A DNA stretch of 64,000 nucleotides from Eledone cirrhosa (lineage: Eukaryota). Of this stretch, positions 53,670 to 64,000 are shown piece by piece. Numbering within the stretch: the stretch's first letter is position 1; each line of letters opens with the position of its first letter. Where the stretch lies: positions 346,890,001 to 346,954,000 of the forward strand of contig OZ024741.1 in NCBI GenBank assembly GCA_964016885.1, read 5' to 3'. A program made the position numbers and the translations under genes. The notes beneath the pieces were generated by a model, which saw only the letters and a list, made by a program, of their open reading frames with translations, was not told the origin of the DNA and made no database searches.

Positions 53670-54779
53670 AAAGTTTTATTTAAGATTGTTGGGTTACAAC
53701 GAGTAAATATTTTATAACTGATGTAAAAGCACTCAACAATTTCTAGATACTCTGTGGAGTGACGAAGATATTCTTGGCGTTTTTAATTTTTAATTTTTAA
53801 TATTGATATCTGTTTTCTACTCTATGCTTGATCGATAATCATGCAAGTGAGGCTGGAATGTTATTTTAAATGTTAATGTATATCTTATATATTTTATGTC
53901 TATATATATGTATATATATATGTAAATATATGTAGGGTGGAATCTTTTGTAACGCAATGACGTTTTTCATGAAATATAAGAATTTGTGGAGCATATCACG
54001 TAGTTCACATGTATGTCTATATTTATCAACTTGAATTTGAGATAACCTTCTCTTCTCCCTTTTTCTTTTTTCATGAGAGTGCATATATACTTATGTTTGA
54101 AGTTTTATCTCAGATTTTGTTTATAGACCTAAGAATTTTTAAACTAAGCATGTGGTCATTTTTTCACACATTATGGATATGTGTATCATTCATGAATACT
54201 GATATTTACATTATAATACCTAATTCATAAAAATTGATAATTCAAATGGATGAGACATAATATATTTTTAATATATTTTAAATATATCATCTTTCTTTCT
54301 TTTTTTTTTTTTTTTTTTTCCCCTATACACTGGACGTGATTTATGTGTCGGCTGGTTTAACTGTATCCCTTCCCTCACATATACGTTGAGCATCTGTCCA
54401 AAAGCTGCCTACTATATTTTTTTCACTTCCTCAATGTATTTCTATCTCCCATATCTCCTTGTCTCTCTATCTCGCTGTGTTGTTTTTCTTTACATACATC
54501 TCTTCACCTTCTTCTTTTTATTTACATACATCTCTTCATCTTCTTCTTCTCATCTTCGTCTTTCTTTCTATATAACTGTCATAACAGTTTCACTACCAAA
54601 TCAACTTTTTAAATGGAAGTTGCATTATTTAAAAGGTATGTCAAAAATTATTTATAAAACAGCGTATGTATTGTATTTTGTCTGAGGAAGGCATACCATA
54701 TTTTTAATATGATATCCCTGAAATATATATAACGAAATAAATATGGTTTTATAAATATAGTTTCCATTTGTTTAATATC

Positions 54780-54863
<84 letters not shown>

Positions 54864-54877
54864 GTATATGTATATGT

Positions 54878-54914
<37 letters not shown>

Positions 54915-54923
54915 CATATATAT

Positions 54924-55505
54924 ATGGTGGCTGCCAACTCGTTTTCGAGTACGGCCACTACTTTATATCCATGTAGGAGAACCCCTACCGATGCGCTGAA
55001 CGAGTGCGATTTTTTTAGTTCAGCCAGCGACTTGAAAACTCTGGTACAAACACTACACTTGTGACAATTATTGACATAGTGCTGGGACCATGATACCATA
55101 TGACGACAAGTGCAGAGATCTCCAGATATAAAGCCGTGAAGCTTTTATAGTGAGCAAAGGCACTGCACAAAGCCAGTCCCACTCTCTTAACCAAGATGAT
55201 ATTTACCAAAAAGAAGAACAAGTCAACATCATTGGATACCATCAGGGTTGCAGGTGTTATATCAGAGTTTTCCTTCTCCTAGAATTCTGCCTTGGCAAAG
55301 GCTAAGGGGTCACCTCTCCCGGTGATTTGTATGGCCATTGACTCTTAAAAGCTCCTTTGTCCTTTAACAGGTTTTGTTTTTTGTCCTGTAGGATGTCCAA
55401 AGTCACCCTCCTCACCAAGAAACCATGGTGGGGTTGCCAGTTTAGGCGCCAACGACCCGACCATGAGACAGGTTGTACTGGGATACATGTTACCAGTAGC
55501 ACCAA
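54924..55505 (-). mobile_element. Non-coding repeat resembling an RTE-clade LINE 5' UTR
   Basis: Minus strand CTAGGAGAAGGAAAACTCTGA motif (recalled similarity, not searched); duplicated at 56454-56866. Confidence 0.45.
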
Positions 55506-55589
55506 ATACATACATACATACATACATACATACATACATACATACATACATACATACATACATACATACATACATACATACATACATGA

Positions 55590-56396
55590 CCATAGAGTGG
55601 ATAAACCACTCAAAAAGCCTGGCATGGAGTTCCGACAAGTTTATGACATCACACCTTGAGGGATATCTCTATGAAATAAAGGAACAAGAACTCCCTACCA
55701 AATATCTGCTGCACAAAAGAGGAGGGCCAGCAGCTGACAATAAATGTAGGCTATGTAAAACAAAGATCGAGGATGTAAGCCACATTGTTGCCAGATGCGA
55801 AAGAATGTCATCTCGCTACTACCTCCCCATGAGACACGATGGGATAGCTAGAACCATCTGGAACGCACTTCGGAAAACAAAATTATCAACAAACGAGGAA
55901 GAATATATTGAGACAGATGGCACTAAGGAATACTGGTGGAACCTGAAAATAAAAACTGCCCCAAAATTAAAGCACAACCGGCCTGATATTGTAGTTTGGG
56001 ACCACACATTGACAACGTGTTCTGTTTTGGAGATCAGATGCCCACTTGATGTAAACGTTGTCAGAAAATACAGGAGAAAGAGGACATCTACGGACCATTG
56101 ATGAGGAGTTTACAAATCCAGTATCCAAGATACACCTTTAGCTTCATACCAATCATTATTGGTGCTACGGGTTATATACCAACCCGCTTGCACCAAAGTA
56201 TGACTGAACTTGGATTTGCGGACAAAAAGTGCAGCTCCCTAATTTATAGTCTACAAATGGCTGCGATAGCTGGCACCTTGAAAATTTGCAAAACATTCTT
56301 GCGATTCAAGGTATGACAATTTCTTTTCTTTTACAACCTTGCCACCAGGAAGGTGGCCGGTCAAAAAAATATACTCGAAATTAAGAGAAAGAGAAA
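55590..56396 (+). mobile_element. R4-like RLE LINE 3' end inserted in (CATA)n
   Basis: IKEQELPTKYL, CRLCKTKIEDVSHIVARC, RHD, HNRPDIVVW, PIIIGATG; (CATA)n on both sides. Confidence 0.88.
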
Positions 56397-56453
56397 ACAT
56401 ACATACATACATACATACATACATACATACATACATACATACATACATACATG

Positions 56454-56866
56454 GTGGTGGCTGCCAACTCGTTTTCGAGTACGGCCACTACTTTATATCC
56501 ATGTAGGAGAACCCCCACCGATGCGCTGAACGAGTGTGAATTTTTAGTCCAGCCAGCGACTTGAAAACTCTGGTACAAACACTACACCTGTGACAATTAT
56601 TGACACATAGTGCTGGGCCCATGGTACCATGTAACGACAAGTGCAAAGAGATCTCCAGATATAAAGCAATGCCTGTGCCGTGAAGCTGTTATAGTGAGCA
56701 AAGGCACTGCACAAAGCCAGTCCCACTCTCTTAACCAAGATGATATTTGCCAAAAAGAATAACAAGTCAACATCATTGGATACCATCAGGGTTGCAGGTG
56801 TTATATCAGAGTTTTCCTTCTCCTAGAATTCTGCCTTGACAAAGTCTAAGAGGTCATCTCTCCCGG
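56454..56866 (-). repeat. Second copy of the RTE-like 5' repeat
   Basis: Direct alignment with 54924-55322. Confidence 0.8.
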
Positions 56867-56995
56867 AAATATATATATATATATATACATACATACCAAG
56901 GAATGAATAATTTGACTTGGCGTATATTTAAGCCTCCGATTTATATTTTGTCTTTCACAGTGGAATATATATTTTCTTCTCAAACAATTTCATAC

Positions 56996-57224
56996 TTAAC
57001 CCTTTAGCATTTACATTACTTTATATTTACTGTTGTATTTTCATGGTAAAGGCTTTAGCTCAAACAATTATCTCAAATAATATCGAATCTATGAGACTTT
57101 GATATTATTTATTTTGAGAAAAATAGCTTAACATCAACATGAGTGGCCAGTTACGGCCGGTTTGAACAGAGAAAGCTGAGATAACTCTGGCCGGATATGG
57201 CCGGTTTAAATTGTAATGGCTTAA
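56996..57224. mobile_element. piggyBac-like (TTAA) MITE
   Basis: TTAACCCTTTAGCATTTA start; degenerate TAAATTGTAATGGCTTAA end. Confidence 0.5.
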
Positions 57225-58267
57225 ATGTCTATGTACTGGAGATTCTAGAATGTTAATCATACAATGATAAAGAAAGATTTAATGTCTGCACATTCAAGAG
57301 AGCGACCACAGCCAAGTCCCTTTTTAGAAACATATTATTAATATCAAAATAAGGAGTGACCATACAATAAACCAAAGCCTGCACATGATTTATTTGACTT
57401 GAACCCTGATATTTTGATTACATTTTGTAAATTGGGTACTTAATTAAATCTAATCTTAATTAAATGCTCCCATATCAAGAGAACACTACTGATTTATCCA
57501 GATTTCCTTAAGGTAATATTAAAGACATCCAACTCCATTTGCTACTTAATCCCCTTTGATATTAATTTTATTTAATTATCTTCTTTTCCATATAATGTTT
57601 CCTACACCATCGTATCAACGTTTATATAACGATATCATTAATATTATCTTCAGGTTAATTACTCCTTTAATAATTTCAGTTCTAAGACTAGTAGATTTAG
57701 GTTGATTGGATTTGATTTGATGTAAACTCAATTACCGTTAATTTATCTGGTAATATCCAAGTACAGCAATTAAAACCCGTCACCATTTTCCTTCCAACTC
57801 CGTTCATTTCATTGGCCCTCTGTAAGTACTCGTAAATTAACCTTCTTAATTCTGATTAAATAAAGTCATAACTTAATATATGGAAGCCAGGTTGACCCAG
57901 GTTTGTTAAAATGAAAATACATTGAGACAACTTTCTGAATTATTTTTATTCTTGTTTATTCTGACAAATCGTGAAATTATAGACAAAATGCTTGAATTTT
58001 CTCTCACAAGCACAACTTAAATAATTATTCTAAAAAACGTTGATTGTGTGTGTAAGGTGTATATATGTGTGCCTGCGTGTATTGCGCCATATAACAGCTA
58101 CATAACGCATGGCTTCCCTACGTAGTGTCTTGCGCTGTCCGTATCTTTACAGACATGTTGGTCGTGGTTTGGTTTGGCGGGTTTCAGAGTATCTTCTGAA
58201 TATTGTGTTGACTATTTAAGGCAATCAATTTTCTTATTTTCAGAAATATATATATATATATATATAT

Positions 58268-58457
58268 ATAGCTTTCACCGTATTTTTTACTAAAGGAACT
58301 TTAGCCTGATAATGGGGTTTAGAACCCTCAGATAAATGGAAAAAGTTGAGTATTGACGTACATGTACGACAATACTCATCTTTTTCCATTTATCTGAGGG
58401 TTCTAAACCCCATTATCAGGCTAAAATTCCTTTAGTCAAAAATACGGTGAAAGCTAT
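58268..58457. repeat. Spacer-less palindrome, 95-bp arms
   Basis: Centre CGTACA|TGTACG at 58362/58363; about 4 mismatches; abuts (TA)n. Confidence 0.9.
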
Positions 58458-58561
58458 TCTATTTTATAATTTCAAACCTGTTCACTCTTTCGAAACATAC
58501 TTACTTGATATATATATATACAAATGTGTGTGTGTGTGTGTGTGTGTGTGTGTCTGTGTGT

Positions 58562-58638
<77 letters not shown>

Positions 58639-59028
58639 TGTGACTGTGTCCGCGTAACTTCTACAGCTTGCAATGGATTTTCTTCAAATTTGGCACAACA
58701 TGCGTTATGCTTCTGACCTTCGTACAAACTCATTCCATTTTCAGATTTGTGTCTACTGCACCCTCTATAAGAGAAAACCCGACTAGAAAAAAATCATTTT
58801 TGACAATAACTTCTACAGTTTACAGCTTTTTATCCATATAATATACTACTTACAGACCTTACTAACACATGCATTTATTTCATCGGTTTAAACTATAGAC
58901 CAAAATTATCAGTTGAAGGTTTAACAATAAGTCGTTTTACAGTCTTTCATTTTACAGAACAAAGAAAAATTTATACTATCTGAAATTAATCATTGTTAAC
59001 CCTTCAACGGATATACTTTGATCTATAG

Positions 59029-59205
59029 CAGTGATTCTCAACCAGGGTTGCCGCGAGATTCCTAAGTGTGCCGTAAATTTTATTTTCGCCATGTTTTTAT
59101 TTTGTAAAATTCAAATATTTTTCATATATATTTAGCTAGGTGTGCCGCTATTTTTTTATGTATTCCAAGGTGTGCCGTTGGCAAAAAAAAGGTTGAGAAC
59201 CACTG
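59029..59205. mobile_element. hAT-Charlie-like MITE nested in the Helitron
   Basis: TIRs CAGTGATTCTCAACC and GGTTGAGAACCACTG. Confidence 0.75.
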
Positions 59206-59582
59206 ATAGTTTAAGTTATAGTTTATGCCGATGTGTATATCTCAGTGTATAACGGAATATATCTCTCACTTTCTGCCTTTCTCTCTGTCTCTCTGTCTCT
59301 CTCTATTTAGACGTGTGTGTGTGTGTGCGTGTGTATGTGTGTGTGTGTGTGTGTGTAGTTTTCGTGTGATTCACCCAATAAACAAGGCAGCTTACTGACT
59401 AAAAAAAATCATTTTTGTTAATAACTTTTAAACCTTAGAGCAAATTTCCTTCAAATTTGGAACCATAAGGCATAATCTTCCCGACTTCATTTTGGATTCA
59501 GTACATTTTGTTTAGTGCGCCCAGTGGAGGAGATATAACAAATAAAAAAAGCCGCATCGTTATAACGCCTCCAGTTTGCGAC

Positions 59583-62475
59583 TTCTTCCTACCTTCCACC
59601 TTCATCGGAAGCCCGCGCTACGTGCAGGAAATAACTCAGGATGCGATGAAATATGTACGTCATCAGGGCAGGCCTGATCTGTTTATACATTTCACTTGCA
59701 ATCCTAAATGGAAAGAGATTGAGGCAGGACTCTTCCTCAGTCAACAGGTCAAAGATAGACATGAACACCTAGCCCGAGTCTTTCGACTGAAGTTAATCAA
59801 CCTTATCGACCTCATCAAGAAAGGGAAAGTCTGGACCTGTAAAATATGACATATACACAATGGAATGGCAGAAAAGGGGCCTTCCACATGCTCACATTCT
59901 GATTTGGTTATCAACCAAGATAAATTCCAATGATATTGACAAGATAATCCCTGCAGGGCTTACTGACCCATCCAGCAACAAAGACATTTACGATATAGTG
60001 AAGACAAACATGGTCCATGGTCCATGTGGACGTAACTTTAATCTAAGCTCGGCCTGTTTGAAAGACAATGTGTGCACAAAAATGTTTCCCAGGAAGTTCC
60101 TTGTGGAAACCCAGACTGGTATTGATGGATATCCATTATACAGACGACGGAAACCAGAAGATGGCGGTTTTACGGCAAGAATTTGACCGCATGAGGTTGA
60201 CAACAGATGGATTGTTCCGTACTGCCCACTCCTATCCAAGACATTCAGCGCCCACATCAATGTCAAGCTTTGCAATTCTGTCAAGTCTACCAAGTACATA
60301 TGTAAGTATATAAATATTGGCTCCGATGCTTCAACAAGAAAATAGCCGGGATGAAATAACACAATACCAGGTCGGACATTACATCAGCAGCAATGAGGTT
60401 TTCTGGCATACTTTTGGATTCCCTTTACACCAAAGGCACCCTTCTATGGAGCAGCTTGCCGTACCCCTGGACAATGGTCAAAGGGTTTACTTTACCGACG
60501 CCAATGCTGCTGAGTTGGCAGAGGAACCAAGAGAAACTACACTTACTGCCTTCTTCAAGCTTTGTCATGACCATCCATTCGCACAAACCGTGCTATATCC
60601 TCAGGTGCCGTCCTACTATACATGGAATAAAAGAAAATGGGTTCGAAGAAAGGCAGGTCAAGCTGTTGATGGATATCCTGGCATTAAGTTTGACATTTGC
60701 CTTCGGGGAGTTTACACAGATCATCAGAGCCAACACGAGTGTTTCTATCTCCGTCTGCTACTGCATGAGATCAGACGACCACGTTCTTTCAAGCACCTAA
60801 GAACTGTTGACGGGTATGTGTGTGCCACATACAGGGAAGCATGCTCAAAACATGGTCTGTTAGAAGATGGTGAACAGTGGGATGCAACTTTGTCAGAGGC
60901 TGCTGAATCACAATCACTAAAACGTGTTAGGGTTTTATTTGCATTATTGTTGAAAATATGTTAATTGTGTAATTCTTCGTATTTGTGGTTCAAGTACAGA
61001 GATGATCTTTCAGAGGATTTTAAACGTCTGGCACAACTGCAGTACCCTGACATGGAAGCTACAAGCGATGAAGTCTGCAACAGAGCACTGATTGATATAG
61101 AAGACAGGATTGCTTCACTCGGTGGAAATGATTTACCCACACATGGCCCTACCCCAAACTTTCCGAACAGGGTCAAATATACTCCCCACAACCATCCTAC
61201 GAGAAACAGCCAACAACATTGATGCTCTTTCCCAATATGATATCGACACTGAACTACAACTGCTTCCGGACCAACAACGGGCTTACAGCACTATTGTCGA
61301 CCTTGTGCCCACCTGGAGGGACAGGAAAAACATTTGTAACGAAGCTCCTCCTTGTAAATTTTAGGCAGCATAGGGATATCGCGGTAGCTGTTGCTTCCTC
61401 TGGGATTGCTGCTACGTTGCTGCCTGGTGGCATGACAGCGTATAAACTCCCCCTGAATTTAACAACATCTGAAACGCCTTCCTACAACATCAGTCAAAGC
61501 TCAGACCATGGTCATGTCCTCAAACGGTGTCATCTCATTGGGTGGGATAAGTGCACCATGGCGCACAAAGGAGCTCTCAAAGCAGTAGATAGAAACCTTT
61601 AAAATATCAGAGACTGTCATGCTCCAATGGGAGGTGTAACGTTTCTGTTGTCTGGTAATTTCAGACAGACTCTTTCCATCATTCCCAAAGGTACCAGGGC
61701 AGATGAAGTCGATGCGTGCCTAAAATCCTCTCCATTGTAGCCACACGTTCCAACCCTGACTCTTACCACTAACATGAGAGTTCAACTACACGGTGACCAC
61801 ATATCCGCCAGATTTGCACAGGACATTATGACACTTGGCGATGGGTAGGTTCCTCTCCACGCTGCCGGAGAAATGGACGTCTGGCCATTTTGTACCATTG
61901 TTAATTCTGTGGAGGAGCTGAAAGACCAAGTGTTTCCGAACTTGACAGAAAATTACCAAAATCACAATGGGCTGTGCGAAAGAGCAATAATGCCTCCAAA
62001 AAACATCGCTGTTAATAAACTCAACGAACAGTTAATTATGTCTCTTCCAGGAAATCTTCACACTTTCAAGTCACAATCCCGGATCGCAGTGAAGTGGTGA
62101 ACTATACTTCAGAATTTCTCAATTCATTGGAGCCCGCCGGACTACCTCCCCATATATTAGGACTTAAAGTTGGAACTCCTGTAATGCTGTACATGAATCT
62201 CGATCCGCCTAGACTGTGCAATGGGACACGACTGGTGGTAAAGAAAGTGATGTCACATGTTATCGAGGCAACAATTCTTTCTGGGTGTGGAAAAGGTAAT
62301 GACGTCTTCATTCCAAGAATCCCTCTCATTCCATCGGGAGCAGAATTTCCCTTTTCATTCAGACGCCTGCAATTTCCAATTCGTGTCAATTTTGCAATAT
62401 CCATTGGCATAATCCCAAGATCAGACATGTTTCTCACACGGACAATTGTACGTTGGGTGTTCTCGAGTGGGAAGC
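59583..62475 (+). pseudogene. Helitron Rep/Pif1-like helicase (disrupted)
   Basis: FIGSPRY, GRPDLFIHFTCNPKW, EWQKRGLPHAHILIWL (HUH), KYICKYI, GGTGKT, VASSGIAATLLPGG, LCNGTRL, RLQFPIR, HGQLYVGCSRV. Confidence 0.93.
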
Positions 62476-64000
62476 AGAGGAAACCTTTTCGCATTTGCAC
62501 GACGCGCGCGGAAATCAAAGAACGTTGATTACAACGAGGTGTTATAATCAAAAATTTGTTGCTAGCCCAAATCACTTTATTTTGTCTTACGTAAAAGCCG
62601 TCAAAGAAGAGATGACCCAATGGTTAACATACGGCCAGACAGTGAAAAGAGTACGACCAAGTCACTCTCAAACGCGATACTACAAAATGTTTTCTGTTCA
62701 GTTACTACTGATTCGTTATTATCTATACGTAATAAATAAAATAGATGACTCGATGGCTACTGGCTTATTCCATCCTAGCACTCCTTCTCATTTGGCTTTT
62801 TCAAACCAATTTCGAGCAACGCCGGGATTCACCTTCGTACAAACTCATTACATTTTGAAAGTTGTGTCTACTGCGCCCTCTATAAGAGAAAAACCTTCTC
62901 AACAAATCATTTTTGTCAATAACTTCTACAGTTTACATCCGATTTCCTTCAAATTTGGAACAAACATGCATTATGTTCCCGACTTTATTTTGGACTCATA
63001 ACATGTTGTGAATATACCCCCTGGACTAGAAAGAAATGAATCGAAAAAATCCGCATCGTTATAACGCATACAATTTGTGACCGATTTCCTTCAAATTTGG
63101 AACAACTATGCCTCATGTACCAAACATTATTTTCAACTAACCGATATTTCGAGTTTTTATCTAATTCGGGCCCTGTGGGAGAAATATTAAATGTTAAAAA
63201 GTATCGACGTCAATATCCACACATACAGATACATATGTGATGAGAGACTGGTGTAGGTAAATGTATATCTGTCTTGTGTGTGTGAATATATGTGAGTGTA
63301 TGTGAGAGTGTGCATGAGTGTATGTGAGAGTGTATGTGTGTGTGAGTGTATGTGTGATAATTGTTATTTTAAAGTTAAACCTCAGAGAATTAAACACACA
63401 TATACATATAGCGTTAGTAAGTTGCATACTCATTATCTTCACACACAGACAATAAAAAACACACACATATCTACGCATACATATATATATATGTGGTGAC
63501 TGACAAGTAATAGGTTTACGTGATTGTATGTGTGTGTGTGTAGGCTTCGTATATGTAATTCTGTGTGTGTCTGTCTTAGTATACGCATGTGAGAGTGTAT
63601 GTGTGTGTGAGTGTATGTGTAAGTGTATGCGTGATAATTTTTATATTCATTTGCATTAAAACAATAGAAAATGACACACCTTTGTTGAATTTTGTATATG
63701 AATATGTTTGTGTCTGTGAGTGTGCGTGTGCGTGCGTTCATTAGGTAGTAATTAAATACACACACACATCTACACATATGTAGCAACTGACCAAAAATGA
63801 GCTGAAAAGTTATGCGTGTGTCTGAATGAATATATGTCTGTGTGTGTCTGTCTTTATATATGTATATGAGAGTGTATGTGTGTGAGTATGTAGCAACAAT
63901 GTATTCATTTGGACACCAAGAAGAAATTATACAATGAATATTGTTTACCCTAAGATGCTTCAACATTGACAGATTTTCATTTCTAAATTCTATTATCATT

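Larger units (their letters stand above)
58508..63140 (+). mobile_element. Helitron, internally deleted, followed by repeated 5' segments
   Basis: (GT)n leader and TTCAAATTTGG repeats; RepHel remnants; GCAACGCCGGG near 62816. Confidence 0.8.

Noticed and set aside
58268-58457. Hammerhead within this palindrome (CTGATAA, CTGAGGG, GAAAGCTA)
   Set aside because: Core elements cannot be arranged with pairing stems in the correct order
62102-62620. 172-aa minus-strand ORF
   Set aside because: Antisense shadow of the Helitron helicase frame

Overview
AT-rich, microsatellite-dense eukaryotic DNA. The tRNA/Nin-type SINE family and the overall repeat landscape suggest an octopus genome (inference). 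I found no intact host protein-coding gene, and most listed ORFs are translations of (TA)n/(CA)n tracts. The window is a stack of decayed transposons: three Penelope-like elements (two Naiad-type, one Neptune-type; RT + GIY-YIG), a near full-length Tx1/L1-clade LINE plus a second ORF1 remnant, several R4/Dong-like RLE-LINE 3' ends, a DD37D (maT) transposon, a Helitron, MITEs and about 15 SINE copies. The most notable hidden layer is about 15 hammerhead-ribozyme motifs from at least five repeat families. They sit in Penelope pseudo-LTRs and in ORF-less ~316-bp tandem or inverted units (retrozyme-like). Most have family-fixed non-canonical cores (U3-A8 covariation, U4C, U4A), and many have a palindromic minimal stem III. 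All motifs and translations were read by eye; no searches were run.
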